Assembly (NCBI GenBank): GCA_050261575.1
Contig: JBLNDL010000025.1
Span: 79,115 to 117,855, forward strand
Source: Sphingomonadaceae bacterium
GTDB lineage: Bacteria > Chloroflexota > UBA6077
DNA length: 38,741 nucleotides
Direction of reading: 5' to 3'
The notes beneath the pieces were generated by a model that ran no database searches, was not told the origin of the DNA, and worked only from the letters and a program-made list of their open reading frames with translations. Shown here piece after piece: positions 1 through 8,238 of the stretch. Both the position numbers and the translations under genes were made by a program. Each line of letters opens with the position of its first letter. Positions within the stretch are counted from its first letter, which is position 1.

Positions 1-410
1 TGGTAGGCCAGGAACGGCTCCACCGAGTCCCTCCCCATGTAGGGGCTCACGGTCGCGGCATCGAAGCCGAACCCCTCGAAGAGCGACCTGGCGTAGGCCT
101 TCGCGGTGTGACCGATGTCTCCGCGCTTGGCATCGCCGATCACCAGGACGTGCGGGGGCATCACCTTCATCGTCCGCTCCAGCGCCTCGAGCCCCGCCAC
201 GCCGAGCGCCTCGTAGAAGGCCAGGTTCGGCTTGTACGCGCACACCAGGTCGGCAGTCGCCTCGATTATGCCACGATTGAACTCGAAGACCCAGTTGGGC
301 CGGCCGCGCAGCGGCTCGGGGACTCTCGCAGGGTCCACGTCCAAACCCACACAGAGCAGGGAATCCTTCTGCCGGCTGTACTCAAGCAGTCTCTCGACGA
401 ACCGTCCCAT
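1..410 (-). CDS. pyrF: Orotidine-5'-phosphate decarboxylase, 5' part (runs off window)
   Basis: Not in ORF track. Hand translation from ATG at 410: MGRFVERLLEYSRQKDSLLCVGLDVDP...AYKPNLAFYEALG...VIGDAKRGDIGHT...DAATVSPYMG, containing the OMPDC DxKxxDIxxT motif. Confidence 0.95.
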   Translation of the reverse strand, partial: MGRFVERLLEYSRQKDSLLCVGLDVDPARVPEPLRGRPNWVFEFNRGIIEATADLVCAYKPNLAFYEALGVAGLEALERTMKVMPPHVLVIGDAKRGDIGHTAKAYARSLFEGFGFDAATVSPYMGRDSVEPFLAY

Positions 411-1209
411 GGTCAACCTCAACCGTCACTTCTTCAATCTCCGGTAGTGCCCCTGGCCAGAGAGCCGAGGCAGCCCGCCCGAATGCTTCCGCGGTTCCCG
501 TGGTGCAGAGTCGATGGCTGGGCGAAGCTGCAGAGGATCTCTCCAGGGCACCTTCGTCGAACGTCTTCTGCAGGGAAGCCACCGTGGGAGGCGCGCACTC
601 CACCAGCCCCACGTCCGGCCCCGCCAGCTCCTCGATGATGGGTCTGAGATAGCCGTAGTGGGTACAGCCCAGCACCAGGCAGTCGATACCCTTCTCCAGC
701 AACGGGCTCAGGTAGCCGGCCAGCACCTTCCTCGTCCTGTTGCTGGTCAACTCGCCGGCCTCCACCAGCGATGCCAGGCGCGGGCAGGGCTGTTGAAGCA
801 CCTCCAGGCTGGGGTTGCACTCCATTACGGTGCGCGCGTAGATGCCGCCGCGCACCGTTGCGGGAGTGGCCATCACCCCAACCCGCGAGCGCGCCAGCCT
901 GGCCGCCGTCCGCGCCGTCGCCTCGACGACGCCGACGACGGGGACGTCGTACCGCTCCTGGGCAGCCTCCAGCGCCGCGGTCGTCGCACTGTTGCAGGCG
1001 ATGACCAGCGCCTTCACCCCGCGGCGGTACAGGTGATCCAGACACTCCAGGGTGTAGCGGCGAATCGTCTCGACCGGTTGCCCGCCGTAGGGCAGGCGAG
1101 CGTTGTCGCCCAGGTAGACGGTAGACTCCCGCGGCAGCACCCTCATCAACTCTCGCAAGACCGTCAGCCCCCCGACACCCGAATCGAACACACCGATCGG
1201 TCGCAACAT
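382..1209 (-). CDS. murI: Glutamate racemase
   Basis: IGVFDSGVGGLTV, PYG, IACNSAT and LGCTHY motifs with both catalytic Cys. Confidence 0.96.
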   Translation of the reverse strand: MLRPIGVFDSGVGGLTVLRELMRVLPRESTVYLGDNARLPYGGQPVETIRRYTLECLDHLYRRGVKALVIACNSATTAALEAAQERYDVPVVGVVEATARTAARLARSRVGVMATPATVRGGIYARTVMECNPSLEVLQQPCPRLASLVEAGELTSNRTRKVLAGYLSPLLEKGIDCLVLGCTHYGYLRPIIEELAGPDVGLVECAPPTVASLQKTFDEGALERSSAASPSHRLCTTGTAEAFGRAASALWPGALPEIEEVTVEVDHGTVRRETA

Positions 1210-1213
1210 GCGA

Positions 1214-2173
1214 TCAGTATCCCTTCTGTTTATCCAGCAGGTTCAGCATCGGCTCCCCGGCGAGGTAGCGACGCAGGTTCTCCTCGAAGATCTCAGTCGC
1301 CCGATCCAGATAGGGCAGGGTGGCCCCCGCGATGTGGGGAGTGACGATCAGATTGGGAAGGTCCCAGATCTCGCTGTCCTCGGGTAGCGGCTCCTGCTCG
1401 AAGACGTCGACTGCCGCGCCGGCGATCCACCCCTCGCGCAGCGCCCTGGCCAGGGCGGCCTCGTCCACGATCCCGCCACGCGCCACGTTGATCAGGTACG
1501 CGCTCGGCTTCATGGCGTGCAACTCCCGCTGGCCGATCAGACCGCGCGTCTCCCTGGTCAGCGGCACCAGCACCAGGAGGAAGTCGCACTGGGGTAGCAG
1601 CTCCATCAACCCGTCCGGACCGTACACCTCGTGCACCAGCCCCTCGGGGAGTCCTTCGCCACCCGAGCGGCGCAATCCCAGGACGCGCATGCCCATGCAG
1701 CGGGCCACGGTAGCGACCCTCTGCCCGATCGCCCCCAGTCCCAGGATCCCCAAGGTCTTCCCGCACAACTCCTCGCCGTAGTAGGTTCGGAGTCGGCTCG
1801 GCTTCCATTGGTGCCGTTCCGACTCCCGAAGAACGAGAGGCATTCTGCGAGCCAGCATCACCATCACGCAGAGGGAGTACTCCGCGATGGCGTGGCGGTG
1901 GATGCCGGACGCGGTGGTAACCAGGATGTCGGTCCGATCGATCCCAATCTCGAACAGGTGCTCGGCACCGGCGCTCACCAACTGGATCCAGCGCAGTCTC
2001 TTCGCCTCCTCAAGGGGACCAGGCAACTGAAAACCGTAGAAGATCTCGGCCTCCCGGAACTCGCGCCTCGCCTGCTCGGGATCGAGTTCTCGGACCACCT
2101 CCAGACGCGGATCGAGTCGTTCGAGCGAGGCCACCTGCTCGCCGCTCAGCTTGACGTTGACCAGAATCCTCAT
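1214..2173 (-). CDS. D-2-hydroxyacid dehydrogenase family protein
   Basis: GILGLGAIG Rossmann motif, INVARG, DVFEQEPL, TPHIAG. Confidence 0.92.
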   Translation of the reverse strand: MRILVNVKLSGEQVASLERLDPRLEVVRELDPEQARREFREAEIFYGFQLPGPLEEAKRLRWIQLVSAGAEHLFEIGIDRTDILVTTASGIHRHAIAEYSLCVMVMLARRMPLVLRESERHQWKPSRLRTYYGEELCGKTLGILGLGAIGQRVATVARCMGMRVLGLRRSGGEGLPEGLVHEVYGPDGLMELLPQCDFLLVLVPLTRETRGLIGQRELHAMKPSAYLINVARGGIVDEAALARALREGWIAGAAVDVFEQEPLPEDSEIWDLPNLIVTPHIAGATLPYLDRATEIFEENLRRYLAGEPMLNLLDKQKGY

Positions 2174-2221
2174 ACCTCTCCTCCCACGAGAGGGTTCACG
2201 GGGACTCTCCCGACACGAATA

Positions 2222-2244
2222 GGGCGGGTCACATCAACCCGCCC
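2222..2244. repeat. Intergenic palindrome, REP-like
   Basis: GGGCGGGT-7nt-ACCCGCCC; same core as the palindrome at 8817-8847. Confidence 0.5.
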
Positions 2245-2273
2245 GTCGAATCCAGCCTGCTCGCCCCTCCGAC

Positions 2274-2729
2274 TCAGCCGTTGCGCAGTCCCCAATCGTA
2301 GGGGATATCCGGCGAATCCCAAGGCACGCGGTACTCGTCCGGCTCCTGGTAGTTGTACAGCTCCGTGGGGAAGTTGACAATCATCGCCATCTCCGTCCCC
2401 ACGCTCTTGAAGCCGTGCATCACCAGAGGGGGGATCTTGAGCAGTATCGGATTCCGCTCGCCCATGAAGAACTCCTGCACCTGGCCCTTGGTGGGCGAGC
2501 CCTCCCGCTGGTCGTACAGCACCACCTTTGCCATCCCCTTCACGCAGACGAAGTGGTCCGTCTGCTTGCGATGGTAGTGCCACCCCTTTACCACGCCGGG
2601 GTAGGCGGCAGTGATGTACGCCTGGCCGAAGCGCTCGAAGACCTCGTCGTCGCTGCGGAGCATCTCCATCAGGAAGCCGCGCTCGTCGGGTATCACCCTG
2701 AGCGGCTTCGTCACCACACCGTCAATCAT
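2274..2729 (-). CDS. dTDP-4-dehydrorhamnose 3,5-epimerase family (RmlC-like cupin)
   Basis: MIDGV, DERGFLME, GVVKGWHYH, IPPLVMHGF. Confidence 0.85.
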   Translation of the reverse strand: MIDGVVTKPLRVIPDERGFLMEMLRSDDEVFERFGQAYITAAYPGVVKGWHYHRKQTDHFVCVKGMAKVVLYDQREGSPTKGQVQEFFMGERNPILLKIPPLVMHGFKSVGTEMAMIVNFPTELYNYQEPDEYRVPWDSPDIPYDWGLRNG

Positions 2730-2744
2730 CGATCCACACCCTTC

Positions 2745-3701
2745 CTAAACGTCCCACTTGCCGCAGCGGCCGCCCCAGCGGGCGAGCAATTCTCGGTCTG
2801 CCTTGATCTCCACTATCTCACATCGATTAGAGCAGCCCTTGCACTCAAAAGACGACGTTCGAAACTCCAACTCGGTAACGCCGAAGCCGCGGAAGGACGT
2901 CGCCTTGCCGCTTGCCCCGACCTCTTCGTGGGCGAGGAGCGCCGCGCCGATCGCGCCCATGATGTGGTGGTGGGGTGGCACCAGGATCTCGCACTTCAGC
3001 GCCTCCTGGAAGGCCCGGATCATCCCCTGGTTGGCCGCCACACCTCCCTGAAAGACGATTGGCTCGAGGATCTCCTTGCCGAGGCCGAGGTTGTTCAGGT
3101 AATTGCGCGCCAATGCCTCGCAGAGCCCGTAGAGGATATCGGGGACGGAGTGCCCCATCTGCTGCTTGTGGATCATATCAGACTCGGCGAACACCGTGCA
3201 CCTGCCGGCGATGCGGACCGGGGCCTTGGATTGGAGCGCCAAGGGCCCAAACTCGTCGATGCCGATCTTCAACCGAAAGGCCTGCTGATCCAGAAAAGAG
3301 CCGGTGCCAGCCGCGCACACCGTGTTCATCGCGAAATCCACCACCACCCCGTCCCGCAGGATGATGATCTTGGAGTCCTGCCCGCCGATCTCCAGGATCG
3401 TCCGCGTATCCGGAAAGTAGTGGGAGGCCGCCACGGAGTGAGCCGTGATCTCGTTCTTGATCGTGTCGGCCCCGACCATCGCCCCCGCGAGATACCGGCC
3501 GCTTCCCGTGGTGCCGACACCGGCCACCTGGGCATCGGCGGGCAGCATCTCCAACACCTCCCTCAGCATCCGCTGAACGGCGGCTACCGGCCTCCCTTCC
3601 GTTCTGCCGTACTTGCTGGCGACTATCTCGTCGGCGTCATCCAGGACGGCCACCTTGGTCGTCACAGATCCAACGTCAATTCCCAGATAAACCTGCACCA
3701 C
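2745..3701 (-). CDS. Acyl-CoA dehydratase activase (BadF/BadG/BcrA/BcrD ATPase, HgdC-like)
   Basis: GIDVGSVTTK, EIGGQDSK, CAAGTGSFL, RCTVFAES, GAIGAA; C-terminal CxxCxxxC...GGRC tail. Confidence 0.92.
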   Translation of the reverse strand: MVQVYLGIDVGSVTTKVAVLDDADEIVASKYGRTEGRPVAAVQRMLREVLEMLPADAQVAGVGTTGSGRYLAGAMVGADTIKNEITAHSVAASHYFPDTRTILEIGGQDSKIIILRDGVVVDFAMNTVCAAGTGSFLDQQAFRLKIGIDEFGPLALQSKAPVRIAGRCTVFAESDMIHKQQMGHSVPDILYGLCEALARNYLNNLGLGKEILEPIVFQGGVAANQGMIRAFQEALKCEILVPPHHHIMGAIGAALLAHEEVGASGKATSFRGFGVTELEFRTSSFECKGCSNRCEIVEIKADRELLARWGGRCGKWDV

Positions 3702-4716
3702 TATCTCCGTTCCTCGACTGACGAGCGACTCGCCGCTGCAGCATATCCACGAAAGCTTCCAGCCGCGTCACCAGGCCCGCCTCGGCCGTGTGCTCGTCGA
3801 TGGTGATGTTCATGAGGGGCTTGTTCCACCGCCGCTTCGCGGCCCGACTGACGATGTCCATCATGAGGGAATCGGGACCGCAACCGAAGGCCACGACGCT
3901 GATGATACCGTCTACCCCATCCATCAGGTAATAGCCTCCGGCCCCCACCACCTCGCGTTCGTAGGTGAAGTAAGGCCGCTCCACCAGCGCCGTTATGCCG
4001 CGATCCAGTCCCTCCAGCGAGACCATCTCCGGGGTGACCAGCTCGACGCCCATCGCCCGCAGCCGGCCAACCATGTTGTGGTTAACGTACTCGTCGTAGA
4101 TGTTGTAGGGATGGCCGATCATGGCGATGGTCAACCGCCGCCCCGCGGAGGACACGGTTCCCTTCCGATTGATTGCGGCTGGCCGATAGGGCTGATCGGG
4201 AAACAGTTGCTCGATGGCCTCCGGAGGGGTGAGGCCGCTCCTCATGATCTCCTGGTACCTCTTGTCCGTCTCCAGGGCGGCGTCGATCGCCCGATCGATC
4301 TTCCATGGCGCGCGGATCAATCGCTTGCCTACCCGATGGATCTCCTCCCGAACCTTGCGCACGCCCTTGTTGATGTCGATCTCGATGTCCACGACGGGGG
4401 CTATGTCCTTGGACGTCTGGCGCACCAGATCGGGCAGCCCCAGGAACTTGGAGCAGTTGTAGACGTTGCGCTCCACGCTTCTGACGCTCGGGATGAAGAT
4501 GAAGTCCACGTCCCGGCCGAGGGCGGCGCAGTGGCCACAGAAGATCTTCGTCGGAAGGCAGGTCTCCGCCACCACCCTGGAGGCGCCGGCGGAGAGGATG
4601 CCACGGGTCGTCGCGGGGGAGACCACAGTCTCCGCCCCCAACTCCTCGAAGAAGGTCCTCCAAAGGGGATAATGCTGGTAGTAAACCAGAGCGCGAGGGA
4701 TGCCAACCTTGATCAT
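3676..4716 (-). CDS. CoA-activase-related protein (DUF2229-type plus dehydratase-like C-terminus)
   Basis: Start reassigned to ATG 4716 (ATGA overlap with upstream stop). KVGIPRAL, ETCLPTKIFCGH, CSKFLGLPD, GHPYN, FGCGPDS, IDEHTAEAGLVTRLEAFVD. Confidence 0.88.
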   Translation of the reverse strand: MIKVGIPRALVYYQHYPLWRTFFEELGAETVVSPATTRGILSAGASRVVAETCLPTKIFCGHCAALGRDVDFIFIPSVRSVERNVYNCSKFLGLPDLVRQTSKDIAPVVDIEIDINKGVRKVREEIHRVGKRLIRAPWKIDRAIDAALETDKRYQEIMRSGLTPPEAIEQLFPDQPYRPAAINRKGTVSSAGRRLTIAMIGHPYNIYDEYVNHNMVGRLRAMGVELVTPEMVSLEGLDRGITALVERPYFTYEREVVGAGGYYLMDGVDGIISVVAFGCGPDSLMMDIVSRAAKRRWNKPLMNITIDEHTAEAGLVTRLEAFVDMLQRRVARQSRNGDSGAGLSGN

Positions 4717-5504
4717 CGTCTTTCTGCCACCAAGATCATTCTGGGGCTGGAGGCCTGGTAGCTCTCCAGGTCGTAGCCCCCGTAGAGGTCCCGCAGGCGG
4801 AAGCCCGCCTCCTCCAGCAGAAGCTCGGCCTCGTATCTGAAGAGCAGCCGAGTCTCCATCTGGAAACAGAAACGGGTCATCTCTCCGCCGGGGCCGGTCT
4901 GGTCGTAGAGCAGCACGGAAGTCTCCGACTGCGTCTCGAAATGGGTCGTTCGCGCCACGAACTTGCTCAGTTGATGCGGCCCGTCCGGGGACGGGTAGGG
5001 CGCCGTGAGCTGGTGCACCAGGGTGGAGTCCCCGGCGGCCAACCACTCCGGCGAGGGGTTCAACAGATCGATCACCAGTAGCCCCTTCGTCGCCAGGTGG
5101 CCCGCCAGTCGCTCGAGCGCCTTTCGCTGACCGTCCAACGTCAGCAGATGGTGGAAGGAACTGAGGGCAACGAGGGCCATGCCGTAGCGTTCGCCCAACT
5201 CCATGCTTCGCATGTCTCCTTGCACCAAGCGCACCCGCCGCACGAGTCGGGCCGCCTCCACTTTCGATCTAGCGATCTCCAGCATGGCGGACGAGGCGTC
5301 GACGCCAGTAACCGAGAACCCCTCCTTCGCGAGTGCGAGCGTCACCCTGCCGGTCCCGCAGGCCGCGTCGAGGATTGGGCCTGCACACGCAGTGGCGAGG
5401 CCGAGGTAGAGGGGGAGGTCGTCGCTGAAGTCACGGTGCTCCCAGTCGTAGAACCGCGCTACCCGATCGTACAGGGCAGCGGGATCCGATGCCCTAGCGT
5501 TCAC
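4713..5504 (-). CDS. Class I SAM-dependent methyltransferase
   Basis: ILDAACGTGR motif I, GVDASSAML, QGDMR. Confidence 0.9.
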   Translation of the reverse strand: MNARASDPAALYDRVARFYDWEHRDFSDDLPLYLGLATACAGPILDAACGTGRVTLALAKEGFSVTGVDASSAMLEIARSKVEAARLVRRVRLVQGDMRSMELGERYGMALVALSSFHHLLTLDGQRKALERLAGHLATKGLLVIDLLNPSPEWLAAGDSTLVHQLTAPYPSPDGPHQLSKFVARTTHFETQSETSVLLYDQTGPGGEMTRFCFQMETRLLFRYEAELLLEEAGFRLRDLYGGYDLESYQASSPRMILVAERR

Positions 5505-5907
5505 TTGCGGTACCAGCCTCGTGGATGGCCGCCCGCCTCGGCCGTCGCCTCTGCCTCGGCTTGCGCCGGCCGCCGCTGAGGAAGAAACCCAGTTCGATCA
5601 GCACGAAGGTTACGGCCAGCAGGGTACCGTTCAGAGGCGTCAGCATGCGGAGAGACTGCAGCCACAAGGCGAACACGATCAGGATGCTGACTACCGCCGC
5701 ATGGCCGAGACTTGGCCTAGCCTCCGGCTCGTCGTCGCCGGCCGGCGCCCCTCCCCCCAACATGCGGGAGAGCGTTCCGGTAAGGGCGACGAAAAGGGCG
5801 GCGTAGAACGCCACCGGAGCCAGAAGTGACTCCGGGGACACGAACAGGACCACGTAACCCCACGCAGCCCACGCGCACAGGGTGAGAAAGCTGATGAGAA
5901 GGTTCAT
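5494..5907 (-). CDS. Small 4-TM membrane protein with basic C-terminal tail
   Basis: Start reassigned to ATG 5907 (MNLLISFLTLCAWAAW), because the longer ORF crosses the tRNA. Four hydrophobic segments. Confidence 0.75.
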   Translation of the reverse strand: MNLLISFLTLCAWAAWGYVVLFVSPESLLAPVAFYAALFVALTGTLSRMLGGGAPAGDDEPEARPSLGHAAVVSILIVFALWLQSLRMLTPLNGTLLAVTFVLIELGFFLSGGRRKPRQRRRPRRAAIHEAGTASER

Positions 5908-5913
5908 GAAGCC

Positions 5914-5919
5914 ATTATA
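5914..5919 (-). promoter_or_regulatory. Sigma70-type -10 (TATAAT), probably giving a leaderless mRNA
   Basis: TATAAT ends 6 nt before ATG 5907; no Shine-Dalgarno. Confidence 0.55.
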
Positions 5920-5945
5920 GCGGAACAAGGTGGTAGCAGCCACTC

Positions 5946-5974
5946 TTGACAGGAACCCCTCCGGGAGGTATACT
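5946..5974 (+). promoter_or_regulatory. Sigma70-type promoter of tRNA-Gly
   Basis: TTGACA(5946-5951)-17 bp-TATACT(5969-5974). Confidence 0.85.
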
Positions 5975-6018
5975 ACTTGCTGCAAAAGGGACCAGCAGGT
6001 GCATGGCCCTGGGCGTAT

Positions 6019-6093
6019 GCGGCCGTGATGTAGTGGCAACATGCAACTTTCCCAAAGTTGATATCGTGGGTTCGAATCCCATCGGCCGCTCCA
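6019..6093 (+). tRNA. tRNA-Gly (anticodon CCC)
   Basis: Acceptor GCGGCCG/CGGCCGC-T-CCA, anticodon arm CAACT-TTCCCAA-AGTTG, T-arm GGTTCGAATCC. Confidence 0.96.
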
Positions 6094-6097
6094 CAGG

Positions 6098-6131
6098 CTG
6101 CCGCCCCCGTCGGGGGCGGCAGTTAGCATTT
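6098..6131 (+). terminator. Hairpin terminator after tRNA (may also serve the convergent 3D gene)
   Basis: CTGCCGCCCCC-GTC-GGGGGCGGCAG 11-bp stem followed by TTAGCATTT. Confidence 0.7.
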
Positions 6132-6212
6132 GCGCACCCTCTCCAGTGACGGCTTCGGTCGATCGTGCCTCCTAGCCAAGAGCGAAAGCCTGAAGTCGTC
6201 ACCGCGAGGGGC

Positions 6213-6800
6213 TCACTTCACCACCAGGTGGACATCGAGGTACTTGACGCCATGCTGGATAGCGAGCCAGTCGCTCTCGAACCAGACGTCCACCCACCGG
6301 CCGATGACCCCTCCGCCGGTGTCCAAAGCCTTGAAGATCGTGTCCCCCATCCCCTCGATCATCAGTTGCGAGCCCAGTGGGATCACGTTCGGGTCCACGG
6401 CGACAGCGCCCCAGTGGGTCTTAACCCCGCTAGCGGTTATTCCCTGTCCGTCGGTGCCGTTCAGCGGGGAGTCTGAATAGCCAGTAACCTTGAAACGACC
6501 GAGGGATCGCAGCACTAACTGCGACGCTGGGTTTGCGGGTGGTGGCTGGGGGGTCGCCGTCGGGATGGGGGTGGGGGTGGGAACCTGGGGTCGGGCCGTC
6601 AGGATATCGCCGGCCTGGGTGGTTGCCGAGAGTGGCCTCGGCCCCCCTCGGCTGGTGACTTTCATCGTCGGCCGCTCCATGATGCCAACGGCCTCCGCCG
6701 GCCCATCGGCCTGAAGGGTACGCACGGGCAGCTCGCTCCACACGAGGATGGCCAGCACGAAGGCAGCCAGGAAGCGGCTGGCGCGGATGTAGCCCCTCAT
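6213..6800 (-). CDS. Exported 3D-domain protein (cell-wall lytic transglycosylase-like)
   Basis: N-terminal hydrophobic helix, PTPTP linker, VTGY...GITASG...VAVDPNVIPLGS...ALDTGGGVIGRWVDVW with three Asp. Confidence 0.88.
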   Translation of the reverse strand: MRGYIRASRFLAAFVLAILVWSELPVRTLQADGPAEAVGIMERPTMKVTSRGGPRPLSATTQAGDILTARPQVPTPTPIPTATPQPPPANPASQLVLRSLGRFKVTGYSDSPLNGTDGQGITASGVKTHWGAVAVDPNVIPLGSQLMIEGMGDTIFKALDTGGGVIGRWVDVWFESDWLAIQHGVKYLDVHLVVK

Positions 6801-6842
6801 GGTATCGCTCCCTTAGTCTGGATGCTTCCTCAGCAAACTGGT

Positions 6843-6872
6843 TTGACAACCCTGAAATGGCCAGTGTATAGT
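6843..6872 (+). promoter_or_regulatory. Sigma70-type promoter upstream of dedA
   Basis: TTGACA(6843-6848)-18 bp-TATAGT(6867-6872). Confidence 0.7.
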
Positions 6873-6927
6873 CAGCGCGGCTTGCGAACCGGGTACCCAC
6901 CGGCGGGTGCCGCTAAGTGGTTCTTGC

Positions 6928-6944
6928 TGCAAGCCGTGTGCCAG
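6928..6944 (-). promoter_or_regulatory. Sigma54-type -24/-12 promoter facing the 3D-domain gene
   Basis: Minus strand CTGGCACACGGCTTGCA matches TGGCAC-N5-TTGCW. Confidence 0.65.
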
Positions 6945-6990
6945 GAGCCGAAAGCTACTGATGGAGTTTGCTTTCGGTTTAGTTTTGTTT
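6945..6990 (+). terminator. Terminator-like hairpin directly before the dedA RBS
   Basis: GAGCCGAAAGC...GCTTTCGGTTT stem, then AGTTTTGTTT, then AAGGAG. Confidence 0.5.
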
Positions 6991-7004
6991 AAGGAGAGAA
7001 GCTG

Positions 7005-7634
7005 TTGCTTGCCGCGCTGGAAGAGATCGTCATCCCGGCCATCGAGCAGCTATACGCCCAGGTCGGCTACCTGGGGGTGATGATCGCCATGGCCATCGAG
7101 AGCGCCTGCATCCCCCTGCCGAGCGAGATCATCATGCCCCTGGCCGGGTGGATGGTGTATCGAGGGGTCTTCGATCTGTGGCTGGTCGCCATCGCCGGGA
7201 CAATCGGCAACACCCTGGGCTCGTGTGTCGCCTATGCGGTTGGATCGTGGGGGGGTAGGCCTTTTCTGCAGAAGTACGGGCGCTACTTGCTGATCTCGGA
7301 GCACGACCTGGAGATCGCCGATCGATGGTTCAGCAAGTACGGCGAGAGGATAGTCTTCCTGTCCCGCCTCCTGCCGGTGGTGCGAACCTTCATCTCCTTT
7401 CCGGCGGGCGTATCGCGCATGCACTTCGGGAGGTTCGTCCTCTACTCCGCCCTGGGGGCCTTCCCCTGGGTGCTGGCGCTGGCCTACGCCGGGAAGCTCA
7501 TGGGTGACAACTGGGTGGCCGTGCGGCAGGTGCTGCACAACTTCGACTATCCCATCCTCGCGGTCCTGCTGGCGGGGGTGATCTACTACCTCTATCGCCA
7601 CCTGAAGCCGGTATTCGCGCAGAATCAGAAGTAG
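7005..7634 (+). CDS. DedA family membrane protein
   Basis: ESACIPLPSEII, FSKYG, RLLPVVRTFISFPAG; TTG start after AAGGAG. Confidence 0.93.
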   Translation: MLAALEEIVIPAIEQLYAQVGYLGVMIAMAIESACIPLPSEIIMPLAGWMVYRGVFDLWLVAIAGTIGNTLGSCVAYAVGSWGGRPFLQKYGRYLLISEHDLEIADRWFSKYGERIVFLSRLLPVVRTFISFPAGVSRMHFGRFVLYSALGAFPWVLALAYAGKLMGDNWVAVRQVLHNFDYPILAVLLAGVIYYLYRHLKPVFAQNQK

Positions 7635-7740
7635 GGCAAGCTCCACCCTGCGGGTGGCGCGCAAAGGCCGACCCCAGCCCGTTTGCCGCAGCATCGATGG
7701 GCTGGGGTCGATCCTCGATCGCGCGATCCCGGCGGGACAG

Positions 7741-8238
7741 CTAGGCCGGTCTTCCTGTTCGCCTGTCCCAGCGCAGGTAGTAGGGATAACCCGGCTCAAA
7801 CTGATTGGCCGTTTTGAGGTAATCCTCCTCGTTCCCCTCGATCATCAGCTTGTGCATGAGGACAACGTCGGCCCCTGGGATCCACTCCACCGGTTGGACA
7901 CACAGGCTCATCACGGCGCGGCCGTCCTCGTACACGCTAACCATGCCCCTCCCACGAGGCACCCGGTAGATCCGCCCCTGTCGAGAGGGGCTCCGGACCT
8001 CCAGGTAGCCACGGTGCTCTAGTTCGCGCACTTGCTCCGGGTCGAGTATCTCGTGCAGGAGGGCCTCTGCTCGCCGCTCGGCTTCCAGTTGCAGGTTGTT
8101 CCCCTTACCGGATACGCCTCTGCCCCGTGAGCCAAACAGCACCCAGAACACGATCCCGACGAACTGCGCGGCCAGAACCGCTATCCCGACCCAGGCCGCT
8201 AGCTCCCATTGCACGGTCGACCCGACTGTATCCATCAT
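7741..8238 (-). CDS. Hypothetical protein: N-terminal TM helix, soluble domain with one Cys
   Basis: ATGA overlap with upstream gene; hydrophobic WELAAWVGIAVLAAQFVGIVFWVLF; SLCVQPVEWIP. Confidence 0.8.
   Translation of the reverse strand: MMDTVGSTVQWELAAWVGIAVLAAQFVGIVFWVLFGSRGRGVSGKGNNLQLEAERRAEALLHEILDPEQVRELEHRGYLEVRSPSRQGRIYRVPRGRGMVSVYEDGRAVMSLCVQPVEWIPGADVVLMHKLMIEGNEEDYLKTANQFEPGYPYYLRWDRRTGRPA

Noticed and set aside
4717..5046. N-terminal extension of ORF 3676-5046
   Set aside because: Overlaps the methyltransferase; the family-like sequence begins at ATG 4716.
5908..6129. N-terminal extension of ORF 5494-6129
   Set aside because: Runs antisense through the tRNA and its promoter.
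6019..6130. tRNA-Gly as an integration site
   Set aside because: No integrase nearby and no duplicated tRNA 3' end noticed in the window.
6801..7000. c-di-AMP riboswitch before the 3D gene, or fluoride riboswitch (GATGGAGTT) before dedA
   Set aside because: The c-di-AMP consensus blocks are absent, and the 3' pseudoknot half of the fluoride motif is missing.
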